DNA of 35,155 nucleotides, from positions 1 through 35,155 of the forward strand of contig JBBUDB010000034.1 of NCBI GenBank assembly GCA_038057515.1. The letters run 5' to 3'. Position 1 is the first letter of the stretch; every line of letters starts with the position of its first letter. The stretch comes from Patescibacteria group bacterium. Its GTDB lineage: Bacteria; Patescibacteriota; Minisyncoccia; UBA6257; 2-01-FULL-56-20. Shown here piece after piece: positions 30,652 to 35,155 of the stretch. Under the pieces are notes generated by a model, which searched no databases, was not told the DNA's origin, and saw nothing but the letters and a program-made list of their open reading frames with translations. The translations under genes and the position numbers were made by a program.

Positions 30652-31439
30652 GAAATAGTTTCCCCGTTCCCGTTCGACCTAATCATTATATCAGAGCCAT
30701 CGCCCGCCTGATCCAAGATAATAAGCTGCTCCCGGGCGAGATGAAGCACGGCCAAGAACGTAATGATAACCTCTCCGCGGGATTCCCCGCCAGTCAAGGC
30801 CCGAAAGTTGGTTTCCATAATCGCGCGGATCCGGCTCACCACCTCGGCAATTTTCTCCTCAAGCGATACGATCGTGTCGGTAATTGTTTCTTGATGTTTC
30901 GCCAGGCGTTCGAATATTTCAAAGATCCGCCCCAAGGAATTCGAGAGTGTCGCCGTGGTCACCCCCGGACCGGGATAGAACACAACCACGCCACCCTGAC
31001 GATCTCCGGGCGTCACGGTATTCAGGAAATAAGGCCGGCCCATGGAGAGGGCGCCCCGATTCCAAAGGGTGGCCAGCGTTTTCATCATCGGTTTCAAATC
31101 TTTGTAGAGCCGCAGGCGCTTCTCGAGATCGCGGATGTCGGTTTCTTCCTCGACGTTAGCCCCAAGTTCCGGTAAAAGTGATTTCGACTTAATGAACACG
31201 AGCCGACTGGCGACGACGATGAAGTCCGCGAGAAATCTAAGCATTTCCTGCCGCGACTCGAAGTCGGTGGCGCGGGCGCGGGCGATCTGAAGCGTCTCGA
31301 GATATTTCAAAAAGTCGTCCGTCACCTCGGCCAAGCTTATCTCGGCCACCTCCATCTCCCGCGCCTCGATGAGCTCGAGAAGCTTATCGAGAGGTCCGCT
31401 GTAACGGGCAAGTTTTAATTCATAAGGGATGCCAGCCAT
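30648..31439 (-). CDS. scpA: segregation and condensation protein A (kleisin)
   Basis: 263 aa. YELKLARYSGPLDKLLELIEAREMEVAEISLAEVTDDFLKYL is the canonical ScpA N-terminus. Confidence 0.88.
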   Translation of the reverse strand: MAGIPYELKLARYSGPLDKLLELIEAREMEVAEISLAEVTDDFLKYLETLQIARARATDFESRQEMLRFLADFIVVASRLVFIKSKSLLPELGANVEEETDIRDLEKRLRLYKDLKPMMKTLATLWNRGALSMGRPYFLNTVTPGDRQGGVVVFYPGPGVTTATLSNSLGRIFEIFERLAKHQETITDTIVSLEEKIAEVVSRIRAIMETNFRALTGGESRGEVIITFLAVLHLAREQLIILDQAGDGSDIMIRSNGNGETIS

Positions 31440-31451
31440 GGAAATTTTGTC

Positions 31452-32831
31452 TTAGTTTTCGGCGGGACGCACGGCATATGTCGCCCTCACGTGATTCACG
31501 AGCGTTTCGGTGTCTTGAGCGGCCTCGCGCGATCCGAGAACGACGACCGCGAGTGGTCGCGTCTCACCGCTTATGATGACGTTCCAGATCGTCGCCATTG
31601 TTTCGCCAGCCGATTCGCTCACGCCCATCTTGCCGCCTAAAAATTCCGGATAGTTCCCAAAAACATTGAAGTTGCCGAGATCGTTGAAGGCGGGCCGGCC
31701 GTAAACGCTATTATCGAGCCGGCCGGTCGTGAGCTGAAGGATAAAACTACGGTTGTTGTAAATGGACCGAAGAAGCGCGAAAAGGTCTTCGACCGTCGAG
31801 ACATTCCCCGCTCCCGAGCCGGACGGATCGACGAAGGTCGTCTGCGTCATGCCGAGCGAACGCGCTTTATCGTTCATGAGAGCCACGAAGCGACCTTGGC
31901 CTAGATTTGCCGCGAGCGCGATGGCGGCCTCATTCGAAGATTCGAGAAGCAGCGGGTAGAGCAGATTGAAAGCCGAAATGTTTTCGCCCGCCACGAGTCG
32001 CGGTTTCGAGGTCGGCACGAGCATCTCGTCGGTAATCGTGACCGTGTTGTCCAAATTGATATATTCGGCGGCGGCGAGCGCCGTCACGAGCTTCGTTAAG
32101 GAAGCGATCGGCGCCGATTCGCGCGTCGCCTTTCCGAGCAACACGAAATTACTTTTCAAGTCCGCAACGAGATATTCCTTGGCGGAAATTTCCGGCAGTC
32201 GAACTTCGTAGGCCAAGTTGTCGGCGGCAAAATCCTTTTCGAACACCAGAACCGGCGTGCCGAGAGTGACAAGGTCGTACAACTTCTTGGCGTCATCGGT
32301 CGAAAGACGGATACAGCCGCCCGAATAAGTGGACCGCACCGGCTCCCCGCCCGGATAATACGGCCAGCCGTGGATGAAGAAGTTCCCCTGGAACGGCAGG
32401 CTCCACGGCAGGTAGACGCCAGCGAAGGCCGAAAAATGGTTCTCTTTCTTGCCGTCGATCTTATAGAGACCGGCGGGCGTTTCCCACCACGAACCTTCGC
32501 GGCCCTTGGTGAGAATCGGGAACGTCTCGACCGGCGCGCCCTCGCGGTAAAACGTGAGCCGCATGGCGGAGAGATCGGCCTCAATGAACGAGATTTTTCC
32601 GGCAATAAACTTCTCTTTCACCTCGCGGAAGAAATCGGGGTTCGCGAGCGCCGGCCAGCTGCCGAAACGCAATTCGCGCGTCGCGGCGTTCTTGTCCTCA
32701 AGAAGCACTTGGTAGCGATAGATCGTATCGCCAAATCTGGCGATAGCAAAAATTGCGCCCCCGACCGCCACGATGAGCAGGAGCACGACGTAGAGGAGCG
32801 GCACGTTCGCGGCGGCGAGGCGTCTCATCAT
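31452..32831 (-). CDS. fusion protein: N-terminal anchor, YkuD-type L,D-transpeptidase domain and S11 DD-carboxypeptidase domain
   Basis: 459 aa. The YkuD active site is FFIHGWPYYPGGEPVRSTYSGGCIRLS. The PBP motifs are SLTK (SxxK), SSNEAA (SxN) and KMG in place of KTG. The C-terminal half is paralogous to 28777..29928. Confidence 0.78.
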   Translation of the reverse strand: MMRRLAAANVPLLYVVLLLIVAVGGAIFAIARFGDTIYRYQVLLEDKNAATRELRFGSWPALANPDFFREVKEKFIAGKISFIEADLSAMRLTFYREGAPVETFPILTKGREGSWWETPAGLYKIDGKKENHFSAFAGVYLPWSLPFQGNFFIHGWPYYPGGEPVRSTYSGGCIRLSTDDAKKLYDLVTLGTPVLVFEKDFAADNLAYEVRLPEISAKEYLVADLKSNFVLLGKATRESAPIASLTKLVTALAAAEYINLDNTVTITDEMLVPTSKPRLVAGENISAFNLLYPLLLESSNEAAIALAANLGQGRFVALMNDKARSLGMTQTTFVDPSGSGAGNVSTVEDLFALLRSIYNNRSFILQLTTGRLDNSVYGRPAFNDLGNFNVFGNYPEFLGGKMGVSESAGETMATIWNVIISGETRPLAVVVLGSREAAQDTETLVNHVRATYAVRPAEN

Positions 32832-34150
32832 GGATGATAGTTCGCGTAATTGTTATTTGGATCCCAGAGAAGCCAGCCGGCGTAGCGGCCAGAGGTGGTG
32901 CCAGAGCCGAGAGCCTTCTCGGTGGCGAGAATTTGGGCGTTGATCTTCGCCGCGTCATAGGTCGCTCCGAGATTGAACGCCTGCAGCCACGGCCGAAGAC
33001 GGGCGAACCTTCCCGAAACCGGCGCGATTTCGGTCGAGGTGGCGTTTATCCCGGCCGCCAACAGTTCAAGTTTGACGAGGCGCTCGAGCGCCCTCGTCAT
33101 GCTCAACTCGATCACTTCGTACGGGTGCGCGGCCGGATTTTGGAAGCCGGCGTGACCGGCGGCGAAGTGCGAGGGGTAGACCATCGGCGAAACGAAATCG
33201 AAAGCGCGATAGGCGTCCTCGATCACCTGGCCGATGCCGAGGTCGCCCTCGGCACCCGTCGTAAGACCGAAGAGGTCAGCCGAGATCTTCGCGCCCGAAA
33301 GTTCCTGGCGCGTATAATTGAAGAATCGAGCGACGACTTGGTGCCGGGGTTCGGCCTCGTTCCAGAAGGGATATCCCGTAACCTCAAGATCACCGTCCGA
33401 CGGGAACCGGATGTAATCGAAGTTTATCTCGTCGAAGCCGCGGCGGAGAGCGTCACGCGCAATTTCTACGTGGTAGTCCCAAACTGGCGTCGCGGCGGCG
33501 TCGAGCCATGAGATACCCTTGCGATCGGTCCAGACCTTCCCCGTGGCCGTATTCTTCACTGCCCACTCGGGGTGCGCCGCGGCAAGAAGCGGATCCTGAA
33601 AAACGGTGATGCGGCCGATGACGTAAATGCCCTTATCGTGAAGTTCTTTAAGCATCGCATTCGGCCGGAGAATGCGGATCTCGCGTTCCGCTCCGGCAGA
33701 AACCGCGAGGGGTATGCCGGTGCGGTAGGCAAGATATCCGGAGTAGTCCTTGATATCGATGACCATCGCGTTGAGTTCGGTGCGATCAAGAAGGCCGATA
33801 AGCGAGGCAAGGCGCTTTGAGGAACCAGCCGTCCAATTCGTAAGATAGATTCCCTTCACGATTTCCGGCGGATTAGAGAGCGGCGACTGGTCGGGCAAGT
33901 CCGGGACGATGGTTCCCGCGACGCGAGCGGCCGGGGAAAAAGTCGGCACCGAGGATGCGGGTGCCGTGTCCGTCCCGGTGGCTATGTTGTCGGGAGGGGT
34001 GGTCGGCCCGCCGGCCGCCGGGGCCGGGGCGGAGGCGGGCGAAATAATCGTGGCATTCGATGACAATAACAAAAAAGCGGCGCCGCCAAAGGCCACCACC
34101 ACTGCTCCGATTGCAAGCTTGTTTTGAATAAATCCCGGAGAATCGAACAT
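32828..34150 (-). CDS. putative glycoside hydrolase (DUF4015-like TIM barrel), membrane-anchored with an Ala/Pro-rich linker
   Basis: 440 aa. KGIYLTNWTAGS...NAMVIDIKDYSGYLAY...FDEINFDYIRFPSDG resembles the DUF4015/GHL family. The assignment is from memory only. Confidence 0.45.
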   Translation of the reverse strand: MFDSPGFIQNKLAIGAVVVAFGGAAFLLLSSNATIISPASAPAPAAGGPTTPPDNIATGTDTAPASSVPTFSPAARVAGTIVPDLPDQSPLSNPPEIVKGIYLTNWTAGSSKRLASLIGLLDRTELNAMVIDIKDYSGYLAYRTGIPLAVSAGAEREIRILRPNAMLKELHDKGIYVIGRITVFQDPLLAAAHPEWAVKNTATGKVWTDRKGISWLDAAATPVWDYHVEIARDALRRGFDEINFDYIRFPSDGDLEVTGYPFWNEAEPRHQVVARFFNYTRQELSGAKISADLFGLTTGAEGDLGIGQVIEDAYRAFDFVSPMVYPSHFAAGHAGFQNPAAHPYEVIELSMTRALERLVKLELLAAGINATSTEIAPVSGRFARLRPWLQAFNLGATYDAAKINAQILATEKALGSGTTSGRYAGWLLWDPNNNYANYHP

Positions 34151-34351
34151 AAACTATTCTACAACTGAAATTGCTTACCCACGCTAAAAAAGGACAAATT
34201 CGGCAGGCCGAAACCGGTGCGAGGCCGTGTCGTTCGGTGAAACCTCTCGTAACCAACCCCCTAGCTATACGGGAACCGATCTCCTTCCGCAACCCTCTTT
34301 CGGCGCGGGGACTTGATTATTATAGCTTAATAGCGGAAAATTGGGAACAAC

Positions 34352-35155
34352 ATGGCCCTCGCCCTCTCTCGGAAACATCGCCCCCAGCGTCTGGCCGATC
34401 TTGTCGGCCAGGAGTCGAACGTCGAGATCATCCGGAATGCCGCCGGCGAGAACCGCCTTGGCCAGGCTTACCTCTTCTACGGCCCGCGCGGCACGGGGAA
34501 AACCACGACCGCCCGTCTCGTGGCCAAACTCGCAAACTGCGAAACACGCGCCGCCGACGCCAAGTTCCGGCAATCGGGCGAACCGTGCAACGACTGCCGC
34601 AGTTGCCGCGAGATAGATTCCGGCGCTTCGCTCGGACTCGTCGAGATCGACGCCGCCTCGAATCGCGGCATCGACGAGATCCGGAACCTTAAAGAAGGTA
34701 TCGCCTCCGCGCCCGCGGGCGCGGCCTACAAAATATATATTATCGACGAGGCGCACATGCTCACCACTCCCGCCTGGAACGCGCTCCTCAAGACGCTCGA
34801 GGAGCCGCCCCGCCACGCTATCTTTATTCTCGCCACTACCGAATACGAAAAAGTTCCCGCCACGATAACGTCGCGCACCCAGCGCTTCCTGTTCAAAAAA
34901 CTTTCCAAGGCAAAAATTTCCGAAAAACTGAAACGCGTGGCCAAGGCCGAAAAGATAGAGATTGAGCCCGAAGCCCTTGACCTCGTGGCCGCCGCTGGCG
35001 ACGGCAGTGTCCGCGATGCGGAATCCCTTCTTGACCAGCTCGCCTCCTCATCACGCGCCATCACGCTCGAAGCGGCCGAAAAACTCACCGGAAGAGTCGG
35101 CCTGCGGCACATCGAGAACCTGACCGAGCTAATCCTCAAGAACGACCTCGCGGGC
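34352..35155 (+). CDS. dnaX: DNA polymerase III subunit gamma/tau, N-terminal part (continues beyond the window)
   Basis: MALALSRKHRPQRLADLVGQE..., Walker A GPRGTGKTTTA, Zn module C-x-CNDCRSC, Walker B IIDEAHML and sensor-1 TSRTQRF. The frame is open to the window end. It is absent from the ORF track because it is open-ended. Confidence 0.9.
   Translation, partial: MALALSRKHRPQRLADLVGQESNVEIIRNAAGENRLGQAYLFYGPRGTGKTTTARLVAKLANCETRAADAKFRQSGEPCNDCRSCREIDSGASLGLVEIDAASNRGIDEIRNLKEGIASAPAGAAYKIYIIDEAHMLTTPAWNALLKTLEEPPRHAIFILATTEYEKVPATITSRTQRFLFKKLSKAKISEKLKRVAKAEKIEIEPEALDLVAAAGDGSVRDAESLLDQLASSSRAITLEAAEKLTGRVGLRHIENLTELILKNDLAG

Noticed and set aside
34151-34351. SRP (4.5S/scRNA) RNA upstream of dnaX, as in Bacillus; GGTGAAACCTCTCG (34236-34249) resembles a Bacillus scRNA segment
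   Set aside because: I could not find the GNRA-capped helix 8 with the conserved GGAAGCAGC / AGG(U)C loops on either strand. The candidate CAGGCCGAAACCGG does not pair as required. A covariance-model scan would be needed to revive this idea.

Overview
This is 35.2 kb of a high-GC bacterial chromosome. My spot counts of single 60-nt lines give about 65% GC outside the left-end block; nothing was computed window-wide. I can support 35 protein-coding genes plus one frameshifted gene and one RNase P RNA, and I found no tRNA, rRNA or CRISPR array. The content is compact housekeeping: serS, aspS, proS, an RF1-type release factor, ndk, pgk, ddl, rplU, galT and dnaX. A long minus-strand envelope and chromosome block carries mreB-mreC-mreD-mrdA, mraY, a DD-carboxypeptidase, scpB-scpA, an L,D-transpeptidase::DD-carboxypeptidase fusion and a DUF4015-like hydrolase. 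Several proteins are minimised: RF1 lacks domain 1, AspRS lacks the GAD insertion, and ProRS is the archaeal type. Together with an orphan TraD/VirD4-like ATPase and a four-helix-bundle gene, this suggests a reduced-genome uncultivated lineage (Patescibacteria/CPR-like); that is inference only. Seven things deserve a second look. (1) A roughly 4 kb AT-rich block (serS, SAM methyltransferase, PP-loop ATPase, a small Cys/Ser-tailed ORF with its own strong promoter) is bracketed by a perfect 38-bp direct repeat and sits next to the 3' end of an rve-type transposase. (2) A membrane-anchored TraD/VirD4-like P-loop ATPase is translationally coupled to a small helical protein, with no other secretion or conjugation genes in view. 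(3) A stand-alone 93-aa cysteine-rich gene has a textbook promoter, SD and terminator. (4) A 73-74 bp dispersed element with a 40-48 bp perfect palindrome occurs in two copies. (5) A perfect 36-bp palindrome lies in-frame inside aspS. (6) The release factor starts exactly at domain 2. (7) A hypothetical gene is split by a frameshift at an A7/T7 run. All functional calls come from motif recognition by eye; no database search was possible.
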